A stretch of DNA of 64,000 nucleotides from an uncultured Rhodobacteraceae bacterium (lineage in GTDB: Bacteria > Pseudomonadota > Alphaproteobacteria > Rhodobacterales > Rhodobacteraceae). The position numbers were made by a program, and so were the translations under genes. The stretch lies in contig CANNFA010000007.1 in assembly GCA_947503765.1 (NCBI GenBank), forward strand, positions 98,614 to 162,613. Reading direction: 5' to 3'. Positions 11,221 to 22,185 of the stretch are shown here, one piece after another; within the stretch, counting starts at the first letter, position 1; the number at the start of each line of letters is the position of its first letter. The notes beneath the pieces were generated by a model that did not search any database, had not been told where the DNA came from, and saw nothing but the letters and a program-made list of their open reading frames with translations.

Positions 11221-12093
11221 ATGACCGGCACGCTTCTGTCCTTCGGCCACGGCTATTCGGCCCGCGCGCTCGCCCGCCTGCTGATCCCGCAGGGCTGGCG
11301 CGTCTTCGGCACCACGCGAAAGCCCGAAAAGGCCGACGCCCTGCGCACCGAGGGGGTCACCCCCCTGCTCTGGCCCGATGCCGGGCTTGACGGGCCGCTC
11401 GCCGCCGCCACCCATGTTCTGATCTCCGCCGGACCGGAGGCCGAGGGCGACCCGGTGCTGCACCGCGCCCGCGCCGCGCTGGTGGATGCCGCGCCGCATA
11501 TCCGCTGGGCCGGGTACCTGTCGACCACCGGCGTCTACGGCGATCATGGCGGCGGTTGGGTGGACGAGGACACGCCCCTTGCCCCCTCGACCCGCCGCGG
11601 CCGGCTGCGCGTCGCCGCCGAGGCCGAGTGGCAGACATTTGCGGCTGAAACCGGCCTGCCGCTGCACATCTTCCGGCTGGCGGGCATCTACGGCCCCGGC
11701 CGCGGTCCCTTTGCCAAGGTGCGTGCCGGCACCGCGCGGCGCATCGTCAAGCCCGGCCAGGTGTTCAGCCGCATTCACGTGGACGACATCGCGCGGGTGC
11801 TCGCCGCGTCGATCGCGCGGCCCGATCCCGGCGCCGTCTACAACCTGTGCGACGACGATCCCGCCCCGCCGCAGGACGTGATCGCCCATGCCGCCCAGCT
11901 TCTGGGCCTGCCGCTGCCGCCCGAAGTGCCGTTCGACGCGGCCGAGATGTCGCCGATGGCCCGCAGTTTCTACGCCGAATCGAAACGGGTGCGGAACGAC
12001 AGGATCAAGACGGATCTGGGCGTGCGCCTCTTGTATCCGTCCTACCGGGACGGGCTGGCGGCGCTGCTGTCCGGCGAAGACGGTGCAAGCTGA
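11221..12093 (+). CDS. SDR family NAD(P)-dependent epimerase/oxidoreductase
   Basis: SFGHGYSA Rossmann-like start, YLSTTGVYGD, FRLAGIYGPGR and RIHVDDIA. Confidence 0.85.
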   Translation: MTGTLLSFGHGYSARALARLLIPQGWRVFGTTRKPEKADALRTEGVTPLLWPDAGLDGPLAAATHVLISAGPEAEGDPVLHRARAALVDAAPHIRWAGYLSTTGVYGDHGGGWVDEDTPLAPSTRRGRLRVAAEAEWQTFAAETGLPLHIFRLAGIYGPGRGPFAKVRAGTARRIVKPGQVFSRIHVDDIARVLAASIARPDPGAVYNLCDDDPAPPQDVIAHAAQLLGLPLPPEVPFDAAEMSPMARSFYAESKRVRNDRIKTDLGVRLLYPSYRDGLAALLSGEDGAS

Positions 12094-12147
12094 CCAAGCG
12101 GGCGCCCCGGGGGTTGCACCTTGGCGCGTTCTGGCGATGATCGCTCC

Positions 12148-13956
12148 ATGAAGAACACCCCACTCAAAAGCTGGGCCGACGCCGCGCCGCGCCTTGTCGC
12201 CGTGGCCGCCGGCCGCCACCCTGCCGACCTGGTGATCCGGGGCGGCAAGGTCGTCTGCGTCCATACCCGCGAGGTGCTGGACGGCTGGCAGGTTGCCGTC
12301 GCCGAGGGCCGCATCGCCTATGTCGGCCCCGATGCCGGCCATTGCATCGGCGATGCGACCGAGGTGATCGAGGCGGACGGCCAATACGTGATCCCGGGCC
12401 TGTGCGACGCGCACATGCATATCGAAAGCGGCATGCTGACGCCGGCCGAATTCGCCCGCGCGGTCACGCCGCACGGCACCACGACGATGTTCACCGACCC
12501 GCACGAGATCGCCAATGTCATGGGGCTGGAAGGTGTGCGGCTGATGCATGACGAGGCGCTGCTGCAACCCGTCAACATCTTCACCCAGATGCCCTCCTGC
12601 GCGCCCAGCGCGCCGGGGCTCGAGACGACGGGCTTCGAGATCGGCCCGGGCGACGTGGCCGAGGCGATGACATGGCCCGGCATCGTGGGCCTTGGCGAGA
12701 TGATGAACTATCCCGGCGTGGCCGCGGGCGATGCAAGGATGCTGGCCGAGATCGCGGCAACCCAGAACGCGGGCAAGACCGTGGGCGGGCATTACGCCAG
12801 CCCCGATCTGGGCGCCGCCTTTCACGCCTATGTCGCCGGCGGGCCCGCGGACGACCACGAGGGCACGCGCGAGGAAGACGCGATCATGCGCGCGCGCCAG
12901 GGCATGCGCGCGATGCTGCGGCTGGGGTCGGCGTGGTACGACGTCGAGGCGCAGATCACCGCGATCACCGAAAAGGGGCTGGACCCGCGCGGTTTCATCC
13001 TGTGCACCGACGATTGCCATTCCGGCACGCTGGTCCATGACGGACACATGAACCGGGTGGTGCGCCATGCCATCGAGTGCGGCTGCGATCCGCTGATCGC
13101 GCTGCAGATGGCCACGATCAACACCGCCACCCATTTCGGGCTGGAGCGGGAGCTTGGCGCAATCGCGCCGGGGCGGCGGGCCGATATGATCCTGACCTCC
13201 GATCTGCGCGCCCTGCCGATCCACCGGGTGATCGCCCGCGGCGTCACGGTCGCGCAGGACGGCAAGGCCAAGGTGGATTTCCCGCATGGCGACTGGCCGG
13301 ACCGCGCGCGCGCCACGGTGAAGATGGGGCCGGACAAGACGGCGCAGGATTTCGTCGCCCGCGCGCCGGAAGGGGCGAACCGGGTCCGCGCACGGGTGAT
13401 CGGCGTGGTCGAGAACCAGGCGCCGACGCGCGCGCTGACCGCCGAGCTGCCGGTGCAGGGCGGCATCGTCGAAGGCGACGCCGCGCAGGATGTCTGCCAG
13501 ATCGCGCTGGTCGAACGGCACCGCGCCACCGGCACCGTGGCCAACGCCTTCGTGTCCGGCTTCGGGTATCGCGGCGAGATGGCCGTCGCCTCGACCGTGG
13601 CGCATGACAGCCACCACATGATCGTCGTCGGCACCAGCCGCGCCGACATGGCACGCGCCGCGAACCGGCTGGCCGAGGTCGGCGGCGGCGTGTCCGTCTG
13701 GCAGGACGGGCGCGAACTGGCGCTGGTGCGCCTGCCCATCGCGGGGCTGATGTCGGACGCGCCCGCCGCCGAGGTCGCCGCACAGGCTCAGGCCATGGGC
13801 GAGGCGCTGGCAGCTTGCGGCTGTACGCTGAACAACGCCTACATGCAGCATTCGCTGCTTGCGCTGGTCGTGATCCCCGAACTGCGCATCTCCGACAAGG
13901 GCCTGGTCGACGTGACGACCTTCCAGATCACCGACATCTTCGAGGCAGAAACGTGA
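12148..13956 (+). CDS. ade: Adenine deaminase
   Basis: DAHMHIES, DPHEIANV, GEMMNYP, TDD and STVAHDSHH. Confidence 0.9.
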   Translation: MKNTPLKSWADAAPRLVAVAAGRHPADLVIRGGKVVCVHTREVLDGWQVAVAEGRIAYVGPDAGHCIGDATEVIEADGQYVIPGLCDAHMHIESGMLTPAEFARAVTPHGTTTMFTDPHEIANVMGLEGVRLMHDEALLQPVNIFTQMPSCAPSAPGLETTGFEIGPGDVAEAMTWPGIVGLGEMMNYPGVAAGDARMLAEIAATQNAGKTVGGHYASPDLGAAFHAYVAGGPADDHEGTREEDAIMRARQGMRAMLRLGSAWYDVEAQITAITEKGLDPRGFILCTDDCHSGTLVHDGHMNRVVRHAIECGCDPLIALQMATINTATHFGLERELGAIAPGRRADMILTSDLRALPIHRVIARGVTVAQDGKAKVDFPHGDWPDRARATVKMGPDKTAQDFVARAPEGANRVRARVIGVVENQAPTRALTAELPVQGGIVEGDAAQDVCQIALVERHRATGTVANAFVSGFGYRGEMAVASTVAHDSHHMIVVGTSRADMARAANRLAEVGGGVSVWQDGRELALVRLPIAGLMSDAPAAEVAAQAQAMGEALAACGCTLNNAYMQHSLLALVVIPELRISDKGLVDVTTFQITDIFEAET

Positions 13957-15437
13957 CCCATTCGCACCGCCAGCTTCCCGTCCATTCCCCCGACCTGCCC
14001 GGACCCGAACGGTTCGACAGCGCCGAGGCGGCGGTGGATCACCTGACCGCGCTGTACCGCACCTCGGTGGAATTCCTGCGCGAGAAGTTCGCCGAAACCG
14101 TCACCGGCGCGTTTCCGGCCTGCCGCTTTCGCGCCTATTACCCCGAGATCCGGTTCACCACGTCGAGCCATGCGCATATCGACAGCCGGATGAGCTTCGG
14201 CCACGTGCCGATGCCGGGCACCTATGTGACCACGATCACCCGGCCCGACCTGTTCCGCGACTACCTGATCCAGCAGATCCGCCTGCTGATCGACAATCAC
14301 GGCCTGCCGGTGGCGATCGGGCCGTCAGCCACGCCGATCCCGGTGCATTTCGCGATGGACGGCTCCAGCGGCATGACCGTGCCGCAGGAAGGGGTGATGG
14401 AATTTCCGCTGCGCGACGTGTTCGACGTGCCGGATCTGGCGACGACCAACGACGACATCGTGAACGGCTTCAGCTTTCCCTACGGCGACGGCATCCTGCC
14501 GCTGGCGCCGTTCACCGCGCAGCGGATCGACTATTCGCTGGCCCGGCTGTCGCATTACATGGCGACCGACCCCGAGCATTTCCAGAACCACGTCCTGTTC
14601 ACCAACTACCAGTTCTACGTCGAGGAATTCGAGGTCTTCGCGCGGCAGATGCTGGCCGACCCGGACAGCGGCTATACCGCCTTTGTCGGGCCCGGCAACG
14701 TGGTCATCACCGACGCCGAAGCCCCGATGGACGTGCCGGCCAAGCTGCCGCAGATGCCGACCTATCATCTGAAACGCGAAGGCAGCGCCGGGATCACGCT
14801 GGTCAATATCGGCATTGGCCCGTCCAACGCCAAGACGGCGACCGACCATATCGCCGTGCTGCGCTCGCATGCCTGGCTGATGGTCGGGCATTGCGCCGGG
14901 CTGCGCAACAGCCAGCGGCTGGGCGATTTCGTGCTGGCCCATGCCTATCTGCGCGAGGATCACGTGCTGGACGACGACCTGCCGGTCTGGACCCCGATCC
15001 CGCCCCTGGCCGAGGTGCAGATCGCGCTGGAACAGGCGGTGGCGGATGTCACGCGCCTTGTCGGGTTCGAGTTGAAGCGGATCATGCGCACCGGCACCGT
15101 CGCCACCATCGACAACCGCAACTGGGAACTGCGCGACCAGTCCGGCCCGGTGCAGCGGCTGTCGCAATCGCGCTCGATCGCGCTGGACATGGAAAGCGCG
15201 ACCATCGCCGCCAACGGGTTCCGCTTCCGGGTGCCCTACGGCACGCTGCTCTGCGTCAGCGACAAGCCCCTGCACGGCGAGCTGAAACTGCCCGGCATGG
15301 CCAGCGATTTCTACCGCACGCAGGTGGCAAATCACCTGCTGATCGGGATCCGCGCGATGGAGCTGATCCGCGAGATGCCGCTGGAGCGGATCCACTCGCG
15401 CAAGCTGCGCAGCTTCGAAGAGACCGCGTTTCTGTAA
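13953..15437 (+). CDS. amn: AMP nucleosidase
   Basis: LFTNYQFYV, PQMPTYHL, NIGIGPSNAKT and DMESATIAANGFRFRVPYGTLLCVSDKPLHGE. GTG start overlaps the ade stop. Confidence 0.92.
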   Translation: MTHSHRQLPVHSPDLPGPERFDSAEAAVDHLTALYRTSVEFLREKFAETVTGAFPACRFRAYYPEIRFTTSSHAHIDSRMSFGHVPMPGTYVTTITRPDLFRDYLIQQIRLLIDNHGLPVAIGPSATPIPVHFAMDGSSGMTVPQEGVMEFPLRDVFDVPDLATTNDDIVNGFSFPYGDGILPLAPFTAQRIDYSLARLSHYMATDPEHFQNHVLFTNYQFYVEEFEVFARQMLADPDSGYTAFVGPGNVVITDAEAPMDVPAKLPQMPTYHLKREGSAGITLVNIGIGPSNAKTATDHIAVLRSHAWLMVGHCAGLRNSQRLGDFVLAHAYLREDHVLDDDLPVWTPIPPLAEVQIALEQAVADVTRLVGFELKRIMRTGTVATIDNRNWELRDQSGPVQRLSQSRSIALDMESATIAANGFRFRVPYGTLLCVSDKPLHGELKLPGMASDFYRTQVANHLLIGIRAMELIREMPLERIHSRKLRSFEETAFL

Positions 15438-15583
15438 CCGGAGGGCCGCGAAACCCCGCCGAAAGTCCACAAAATGCAGGAAAACCGGGCGCAGACGCAC
15501 ACTAAAGGTTGTGCGCATTCGCAATATTCCGATAAATTCCGCCGCGAACCCGCTAGAACGGGGGAGAACGAGGAGAGACCCAG

Positions 15584-15871
15584 ATGGCCAAACCCATGAC
15601 CAAGACCCAGCTCGTCGCCGCCCTGGCGGAAGAGATGGACAGCGACAAGAAATCGGCATCCGCCGCGCTGGACGCAATCACCAATATCATCACCCGTGAA
15701 GTGTCGCAGGGCGGTGCCGTGACCCTGCCCGGCGTCGGCAAGATCTATTGCCGCGAACGCCCCGAGCGCATGGTGCGCAACCCCGCCACGGGCGAGCAGA
15801 TCAAGAAAGAGGCCGACAAGGTGGTCAAGATGACCATCGCCAAGGCATTGAAGGACAGCGTGAACGGCTGA
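15584..15871 (+). CDS. HU/IHF family DNA-binding protein
   Basis: MTKTQLVAALAE and the arm motif RMVRNPATGE, 95 aa. Confidence 0.9.
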   Translation: MAKPMTKTQLVAALAEEMDSDKKSASAALDAITNIITREVSQGGAVTLPGVGKIYCRERPERMVRNPATGEQIKKEADKVVKMTIAKALKDSVNG

Positions 15872-15892
15872 CCCCTCCGGCATTCGTTGCGT

Positions 15893-15921
15893 AAAGGGCC
15901 ACCCAAGCGGGCGGCCCTTTT
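15893..15921 (+). terminator. Rho-independent (probably bidirectional) terminator after HU
   Basis: AAAGGGCCACCC-AAGC-GGGCGGCCCTTTT. Confidence 0.75.
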
Positions 15922-16103
15922 CGTTTCGCGTTGCCGAAAAGCGATCCGGAGGCACGGGACGCGATGTTCGCCCAAAGCCCTAAGCCGCCATGCGATACCG
16001 ATGACCGAAACGGGCGGCCCGGTCCGAAAGGCGAGAGGCTTGCCATTCCCGGGGGAAGGGTTTTCTCTGGCCTCGGACCTTCGGTGTCGTGAGGAACGGA
16101 TAC

Positions 16104-16445
16104 ATGAGCGACCGACGCAGGATGCGGATTGGTGACTGGCTCAACGGAGCGGCATTTCTGGCGATTGGCGTGTTTCTCGGATTGGCGGCCGACGGCATGG
16201 CCGGATTGGCAGGAACCGCATTCTGGCCGATGATAATCATCATCCCGGTCCTGTTCGGAGGCGTGTTTCTTTTCCTTTTGTTTTTCGACAGGGTCGTTGA
16301 CCGGATCTTCTCCAGCGGGATCAAACCCGCCTCCCGGCCGCGAACGAAAGATCGCAAACCCCTTGTCCTCCTTCTGAGCCTGCCGACCGGCATCGCGATC
16401 GGAATGATCGGGGCGCAGCTGGGCCTGGGGGAGTTGCTTCCTTAA
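16104..16445 (+). CDS. Small hypothetical membrane protein (about 3 TM segments)
   Basis: RBS-like GAGGA upstream of MSDRRRM, followed by hydrophobic segments. Confidence 0.55.
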   Translation: MSDRRRMRIGDWLNGAAFLAIGVFLGLAADGMAGLAGTAFWPMIIIIPVLFGGVFLFLLFFDRVVDRIFSSGIKPASRPRTKDRKPLVLLLSLPTGIAIGMIGAQLGLGELLP

Positions 16446-16642
16446 GATACCTGATCGCCTCCTTGACCCGTGATACTTCGGTATGCGGCTTTCATCATCG
16501 GCAAAGCATCCAACGACGGCGTCATCCAGCGAACCGGGCACGCGGCCGGCACCACGGGGCGGCCCGGCCTTGCGGCCCTTTTCGTTTGCGCGCCCGCGCG
16601 TTAAGGGCGGGCGGTGCGGCAGGGATGGCGGGGACAGCGGCG

Positions 16643-17506
16643 ATGGACATCCGGGCAATCGGAATGGGGCTGGCATTCGCGGTGATGTGGGCCTCGGCCT
16701 TCACCTCGGCGCGTTTGGTGGTGATCGACGCACCGCCGCTGACGGCGCTGGCGCTGCGGTTCCTGCTGTCCGGCCTGATCGGCGTCGCACTCGCGCTGCG
16801 GATGGGTCAGAGCTGGCGGCTGACCCGGCCGCAGCTGCTGGCCACCCTGGTCTTCGGGCTGTTCCAGAACGCGCTGTATCTCGGTCTGAACTTCGTCGCG
16901 CTGCAGACGGTCGAGGCCTCGCTGGCGGCCATCGTCGCCTCGACCATGCCGCTTCTGGTGGCGCTGGGCGGCTGGCTTGTGTTCGGCGACAGGGTGAAAC
17001 CGCTGGGCGCGGCGGGCCTCGTCGTCGGGGTCGCCGGCGTCGCGCTGATCATGGGATCGCGGATTTCCGGCGGTGTCGACCTTTTGGGGCTGGCGCTGTG
17101 CGTCCTCGGCGTGCTGTCGCTCAGCGTGGCGACGCTCGCGGTGCGCGGCGCCTCGTCGGGCGGCAACGTGTTGATGATCGTCGGGCTTCAGATGCTGGTC
17201 GGCGCGGCCGTGCTCGCCCCGGTCGCCGCCGTGTTCGAGACGTGGCAGGTCAACTGGACATGGCGGCTTGGCGCGGCCTTCAGCTACACCTTGCTGGTGC
17301 CGGGGCTGACGGCGACATGGGTCTGGTTCCGCCTGGTGAATCGGATCGGCGCCGTCCGCGCGGCAACCTTCCACTTCCTGACCCCGTTCTTCGGCGTGAG
17401 CATCGCGGCGCTGCTGCTGGGCGAGGCCCTGAGCGTGCTGGACGCGGTCGGCGTGGGCGTGGTGATGCTCGGCATCCTCGCGGTGCAAGTGTCGAAACGG
17501 CGCTGA
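16643..17506 (+). CDS. DMT/EamA family transporter
   Basis: About 10 hydrophobic helices in two EamA-like repeats (MWASAF...LRF; FLTPFFG). Confidence 0.85.
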   Translation: MDIRAIGMGLAFAVMWASAFTSARLVVIDAPPLTALALRFLLSGLIGVALALRMGQSWRLTRPQLLATLVFGLFQNALYLGLNFVALQTVEASLAAIVASTMPLLVALGGWLVFGDRVKPLGAAGLVVGVAGVALIMGSRISGGVDLLGLALCVLGVLSLSVATLAVRGASSGGNVLMIVGLQMLVGAAVLAPVAAVFETWQVNWTWRLGAAFSYTLLVPGLTATWVWFRLVNRIGAVRAATFHFLTPFFGVSIAALLLGEALSVLDAVGVGVVMLGILAVQVSKRR

Positions 17507-17519
17507 GACCGCGCTTCGC

Positions 17520-18635
17520 TCAGCCCTGCCCAGGCCCGATCCTGCCGCGCACGCCGCCGGTCTGCGCCCGGTCCAGCAGAACATGGTCGAGCAGCACGCA
17601 GGCCATCATCGCCTCTGCCACCGGCACCGCGCGAATCCCGACGCAGGGGTCGTGCCGGCCGCGGGTGACGATCTCGCGTTCGGCGCCCTCCGTGTCGATG
17701 GTCCGGCGCGGCGTCATGATCGACGAGGTCGGCTTGACGGCAAAGCGCACGACGATGTCCTGCCCGGTGGAAATGCCGCCCAGGATGCCCCCCGCATGGT
17801 TGCTGTTGAACCGCGGCGTTCCGTCATTGCCCATGAAGATCTCGTCGGCATTCGCCTCGCCGGTCAGCCCCGCCGCCGCCATGCCCTCGCCGATCTCGAC
17901 CGCCTTGACCGCGTTGATCGACAGCATCGCCGCGCCCAGCTCGGTGTCGAGCTTGCGGTAGACCGGCGCGCCCAGGCCGGCCGGAAAGCCGCGCGCCACC
18001 ACCTCGATCGCCGCGCCGACCGACGTGCCGCTCTTGCGCAGCCCGTCCAGATACGCCGCCCAGTCCTCGGCCGCCTCGGCGTCGGGCACCCAGAACGGGT
18101 TCGCGTCGATCTGGTCCCAGTCGAACCGGGCGCGGTCGATATGGCGCGCGCCCATCTGCACCATGTAGCCGCGCAGCTCGGCGCCCGGCACCAGCGCGCC
18201 CAGCACCGCGCGCGCCACGCCGCCGGCCGCGACGCGCGCCGCGGTTTCCCGCGCCGAGGACCGCCCGCCGCCGCGATAATCGCGGATCCCGTATTTCTGC
18301 CAATAGGTGATGTCGGCATGGCCGGGGCGGAACGCGGCGGCGATATCGCCGTAATCCTTCGACCGCTGGTCGGTATTGCGGATCATCAGCTGGATCGGCG
18401 TGCCGGTCGTCACCCCCTCGAACACGCCCGACAGGATCTCGACCGCGTCGGCCTCGCGCCGCTGCGTGGTATAGCGGTTCTGCCCCGGTTTGCGCCGATC
18501 CAGCCAGTGCTGGATCATCGCCGGCTCCAGCGCGATTCCCGGCGGGCAGCCATCCACCGTCGCGCCCAGTGCGGGGCCATGGCTTTCGCCCCATGTTGTC
18601 ACCCGAAACAGATGCCCGAACGTGTTGAAACTCAT
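17520..18635 (-). CDS. aroC: Chorismate synthase
   Basis: [40 protein letters not shown] and RHDPCV. Confidence 0.97.
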   Translation of the reverse strand: MSFNTFGHLFRVTTWGESHGPALGATVDGCPPGIALEPAMIQHWLDRRKPGQNRYTTQRREADAVEILSGVFEGVTTGTPIQLMIRNTDQRSKDYGDIAAAFRPGHADITYWQKYGIRDYRGGGRSSARETAARVAAGGVARAVLGALVPGAELRGYMVQMGARHIDRARFDWDQIDANPFWVPDAEAAEDWAAYLDGLRKSGTSVGAAIEVVARGFPAGLGAPVYRKLDTELGAAMLSINAVKAVEIGEGMAAAGLTGEANADEIFMGNDGTPRFNSNHAGGILGGISTGQDIVVRFAVKPTSSIMTPRRTIDTEGAEREIVTRGRHDPCVGIRAVPVAEAMMACVLLDHVLLDRAQTGGVRGRIGPGQG

Positions 18636-18690
18636 TGCCGTCCCTCCGCCGGTCCCGGTCTATCGCCGACCGCATCCAAGGAAAAGCCGT

Positions 18691-18745
18691 GCATCCTCAT
18701 CTTGCGCAAAATACCTTGGGGAGCGCGAGGGGCAACGCCCCTCGC
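18691..18745. repeat. Dispersed intergenic palindromic repeat, copy 2
   Basis: GCATCCTCATCTTGCGCAAAATACCTTGGGGAG followed by the hairpin GCGAGGGGC-AAC-GCCCCTCGC. Confidence 0.7.
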
Positions 18746-18811
18746 CCGCACCGGATCGCCCGCGGCGATCCGGCTCCTTGCCAAGGCGCGCTGCCGGGAC
18801 TAGATCAGGGG

Positions 18812-18907
18812 TTCACCTCGGGGTGCGCCGGATCGCCGATCCGCCGCTGAGACGCGCAAGCGAACCCGCCGAACCTGAACCGGGTAATACCGGCGGAGGG
18901 AAGGTTG
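18812..18907 (+). promoter_or_regulatory. TPP riboswitch
   Basis: Conserved CGGGGTGC...GCTGAGA...ACCCGCCGAACCTGAA-CCGGGTAATACCGG-CGGAGGGA with P1 ACCT/AGGT, directly upstream of thiBPQ. Confidence 0.93.
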
Positions 18908-18951
18908 GACAGCCTCCAAACCGGACCCATCCGCCCGCCATGGAGGACGTC

Positions 18952-19959
18952 ATGAGATTTCCGATCATCGTGCTGGCAACCAGCCTTGCAACGGGGCTTG
19001 CCGCGCCGCAGACCGCCACCGCACAGGACCGCCCGGTCCTGCGCGTGCTGACCTATGACAGCTTCGTCACCGAATGGGGTCCCGGCCCCAGGATCGAGGC
19101 CGCGTTCGAGGAAACCTGCGGCTGCGATCTGCAACTGGTCGCGGCGGGCGACGGCGCGTCGCTGCTGGCGCGGCTGAAACTGGAAGGCGCGCGCAGCGAT
19201 GCGGATGTCGTGCTCGGCCTCGACACCAACCTGACCGCGGCGGCGGCCGAAACCGGGCTGTTCGCCCCGCACGGCGTCTCGCCCGAGGGGCTGGACCTGC
19301 CGGTCGCCTGGGACGATCCGCTGTTCCTGCCCTATGACTGGGGCTATTTCGCCTTCATCTACGACCGCACGCGGCTTGACGCGGTGCCCGGCAGCCTGTC
19401 GGATCTGGCGGCAAGCGACCTGAAGGTGATCGTGCAGGATCCGCGCACCTCGACCCCCGGTCTCGGCCTCCTGCTCTGGGCGGAAACCGTGTTCGGCGCC
19501 GAGTCCGAGGCGTTCTGGGAAGCGATGGCCGACAACATCCTGACCGTCACCAAGGGCTGGTCCGAAGCCTACGGGCTGTTCCTCGACGGCGAGGCGGACA
19601 TGGTCCTGAGCTACACGACATCGCCGGCCTTCCACATCATCGACGAAGGCGACGACACCAAGGTCGCCGCACCCTTCGCGGACGGCCATTACCTGCAGAT
19701 CGAAGTGGCGGGCAAGCTGGCGGGCTCCGGCCAGCCGGCGCTCGCGGATGCGTTCCTGGACTTCATGCTGAGCGATGGCTTCCAGCGCGAGATCCCGACG
19801 ACCAACTGGATGTATCCCGCCGTCCTGCCCGAGGCCGGGCTGCCGGCCGGGTTCGACACGCTGATGACGCCTGACACGGCGCTGATCTATCCGGCGCAGG
19901 AGGCAGCCACGATGCGCGACCGGGCACTGGCCAAATGGCTCGCCGCGCTGGCACGCTGA
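18952..19959 (+). CDS. thiB: Thiamine ABC transporter substrate-binding protein
   Basis: TYDSFVTEWGPGP, DWGYFAF, QDPRTSTPG and SYTTSPA, downstream of the TPP riboswitch. Confidence 0.92.
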   Translation: MRFPIIVLATSLATGLAAPQTATAQDRPVLRVLTYDSFVTEWGPGPRIEAAFEETCGCDLQLVAAGDGASLLARLKLEGARSDADVVLGLDTNLTAAAAETGLFAPHGVSPEGLDLPVAWDDPLFLPYDWGYFAFIYDRTRLDAVPGSLSDLAASDLKVIVQDPRTSTPGLGLLLWAETVFGAESEAFWEAMADNILTVTKGWSEAYGLFLDGEADMVLSYTTSPAFHIIDEGDDTKVAAPFADGHYLQIEVAGKLAGSGQPALADAFLDFMLSDGFQREIPTTNWMYPAVLPEAGLPAGFDTLMTPDTALIYPAQEAATMRDRALAKWLAALAR

Positions 19960-21500
19960 CCCGGATCGCCGGCGGCGCCGCGGCGGCACTGGTCGCGGCG
20001 CTGACGCTGGGCACGCTGGCGGCGGTCGCATTGCGCGCCGACCGTGCGCCCGTGCTCGGGCCGGCGGACTGGGCGGCGATCCGGTTCACCCTGCTTCAGG
20101 CCACGCTTTCGGCGCTGATCAGCGTCGCGCTGGCGATCCCGGTGGCGCGGGCGCTGGCGCGGCGGTCGTTCCCCGGGCGCAGCCTGCTGGTGACGCTGCT
20201 GGGCGCCCCGTTCATCCTGCCGGTGATCGTGGCCGCGCTGGGGCTGCTGGCCGTGTTCGGGCGGAACGGCATCCTCAGCCAGGCGCTGGTCTGGGCCGGA
20301 TTCGCGCCGGTGCATATCTACGGGCTGCACGGGGTGGTTCTGGCGCATGTGTTCTTCAACATGCCGCTGGCGACACGGCTGATCCTGCAAGGCTGGCTGG
20401 CGATCCCGGCGGAACGGTTCCGGCTGGCCGCCTCGCTTGGCCTCGGGCCGCGCCAGGTGGCACGGATGCTGGAATGGCCGATGCTGCGCGCGGTGGTGCC
20501 GGGCGCGGCGCTGGTGATCTTCCTGATCTGCACGACCAGCTTTGCCGTGGCGCTGGTTCTGGGCGGCGGGCCCAAGGGCACCACGGTCGAGCTGGCGATC
20601 TACCAGGCGTTCCGGTTCGAATTCGACCTCGGCAAGGCGGCGCTGCTGTCGCTGATCCAGTTCGCGATCTGCGCGGTGGCGGCGCTGGCGGTCTGGGGGG
20701 TCAGCCTGCCGGCGGGCCTTGGCGGCGGGCTGGACCGGGTGGTGGCGCGCTGGGGCATCTCGGGCGCCGGGATGCGCGCGCTCGACGCGCTGGTGATCGT
20801 GCTGGCGGCGCTGTTCCTGCTGACGCCGCTGCTGCTGATCGCGCTTCGCGGGCTGCCGGGGCTGGCCGCGCTGCCGCCCTCGGTCCTGGCGGCGACGGGC
20901 CGGTCGCTGGCGGTGGCCTTGGGCGCGACGGCGCTGACGCTGGCGATGGCGCTGCCGCTTGCGGTGCTGGCAGATCGCGCGGCCGGCTGGCGTTCCGGCG
21001 GCGTAGAGGCGCTGGCGGCCCTGTCCATCGCCGTGTCGCCGCTGGTGATCGGCACCGGGCTGTTCATCCTGATCCACCCGGTGGCCGATCCGGTCGCGCT
21101 GGCGCTGCCGATCACGGCGCTGGTCAACGCGCTGATGGCGCTGCCCTTCGTATACCGCGCGCTGGCCCCCGCGCTGGCCGAGACCGAGGCGAGCTATGGC
21201 CGGCTGGCCGATTCGCTGGCACTGACCGGCGGCGCGCGCCTGCGCCACCTGCTGCTGCCGCGCCTGGCCCGGCCGCTGGGCTTTTCCGCCGGGCTGGCGG
21301 CGGCGCTGTCGATGGGCGATCTTGGCGTGATCGCCCTGTTCGCCGATCCGCGCCAGGTGACGCTGCCGATGCAGATGTACGCGCTGATGTCGGGCTACCG
21401 GATGCAGGAGGCGGCGGCGGCGGCACTGGTCCTGCTGGCCTGTTCGCTGGCGCTGTTCTGGCTGTTCGACCGGGGAGGACGCATTCGTGCTGCAACTTGA
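19935..21500 (+). CDS. thiP: Thiamine ABC transporter permease
   Basis: LAHVFFNMPLA with duplicated permease domains. Confidence 0.9.
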   Translation: MARRAGTLTRIAGGAAAALVAALTLGTLAAVALRADRAPVLGPADWAAIRFTLLQATLSALISVALAIPVARALARRSFPGRSLLVTLLGAPFILPVIVAALGLLAVFGRNGILSQALVWAGFAPVHIYGLHGVVLAHVFFNMPLATRLILQGWLAIPAERFRLAASLGLGPRQVARMLEWPMLRAVVPGAALVIFLICTTSFAVALVLGGGPKGTTVELAIYQAFRFEFDLGKAALLSLIQFAICAVAALAVWGVSLPAGLGGGLDRVVARWGISGAGMRALDALVIVLAALFLLTPLLLIALRGLPGLAALPPSVLAATGRSLAVALGATALTLAMALPLAVLADRAAGWRSGGVEALAALSIAVSPLVIGTGLFILIHPVADPVALALPITALVNALMALPFVYRALAPALAETEASYGRLADSLALTGGARLRHLLLPRLARPLGFSAGLAAALSMGDLGVIALFADPRQVTLPMQMYALMSGYRMQEAAAAALVLLACSLALFWLFDRGGRIRAAT

Positions 21501-22185
21501 CGGGGTAAGGATCGTCCAGGGCGATTTCCGGCTGGCGGCGGATTTCACGCTTGAGACCGGCATGCTCGCGCCGGTGGTGGGGCCGTCGGGCGCGGGCAAG
21601 TCCACGCTTCTGGACGTGGTCGCGGGGTTCTTCGCGCCCGCGCAGGGGCGGGTGCTGTGGGACGGGCAGGATCTGGGCCCGCTGGAGCCGGGGCAGCGGC
21701 CGCTGTCGATCGTGTTCCAGGACAACAACCTGTTCCCGCATCTGAGCGTGGCGCAGAATGTCGGGCTGGGCCTGTCGCCGTCGCTGCGCCTGTCGCGGGC
21801 AGATCGGGCGCGGGTGGAAAGCGGTCTTGACCGCGTGGGCCTTGCCGGCATGGGCGGGCGCAAGCCGGCCTCGCTGTCGGGCGGACAGCAAAGCCGGGTG
21901 GCGCTGGCGCGGGTGCTGCTGCGGGCGCGCCCGCTTCTGCTGCTGGACGAGCCGTTCGCCGCCCTCGGCCCCGCGCTCCGGGCCGAGATGATGGACCTGC
22001 TGCGCGCCCTCGCGGCCGAAACCGGGGCGACCGTGCTGATGGTCACGCACGATCCGCGCGACGCGCGGCGGCTTGGCGGGCAGACCGTGCTTGTGGCCGA
22101 GGGGCGCGCCCATGCACCGCAGGACACGGCCGCGCTGTTCGCCGACCCGCCCGAGGTGCTGCGCGCCTATCTGGGGGACGGGTAG
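21487..22185 (+). CDS. thiQ: Thiamine ABC transporter ATP-binding protein
   Basis: GPSGAGKST, FQDNNLFPHL, LSGGQQSR and LDEPFAAL. Confidence 0.9.
   Translation: MLQLDGVRIVQGDFRLAADFTLETGMLAPVVGPSGAGKSTLLDVVAGFFAPAQGRVLWDGQDLGPLEPGQRPLSIVFQDNNLFPHLSVAQNVGLGLSPSLRLSRADRARVESGLDRVGLAGMGGRKPASLSGGQQSRVALARVLLRARPLLLLDEPFAALGPALRAEMMDLLRALAAETGATVLMVTHDPRDARRLGGQTVLVAEGRAHAPQDTAALFADPPEVLRAYLGDG

Noticed and set aside
11104-13851. 915-aa minus-strand ORF, and similar long ORFs at 7067-9187, 19887-22127, 23169-25481, 26836-29124, 32006-33664 and 35252-37438
   Set aside because: All lie antisense to well-supported genes and have Arg/Ala/Gly-rich, low-information translations.
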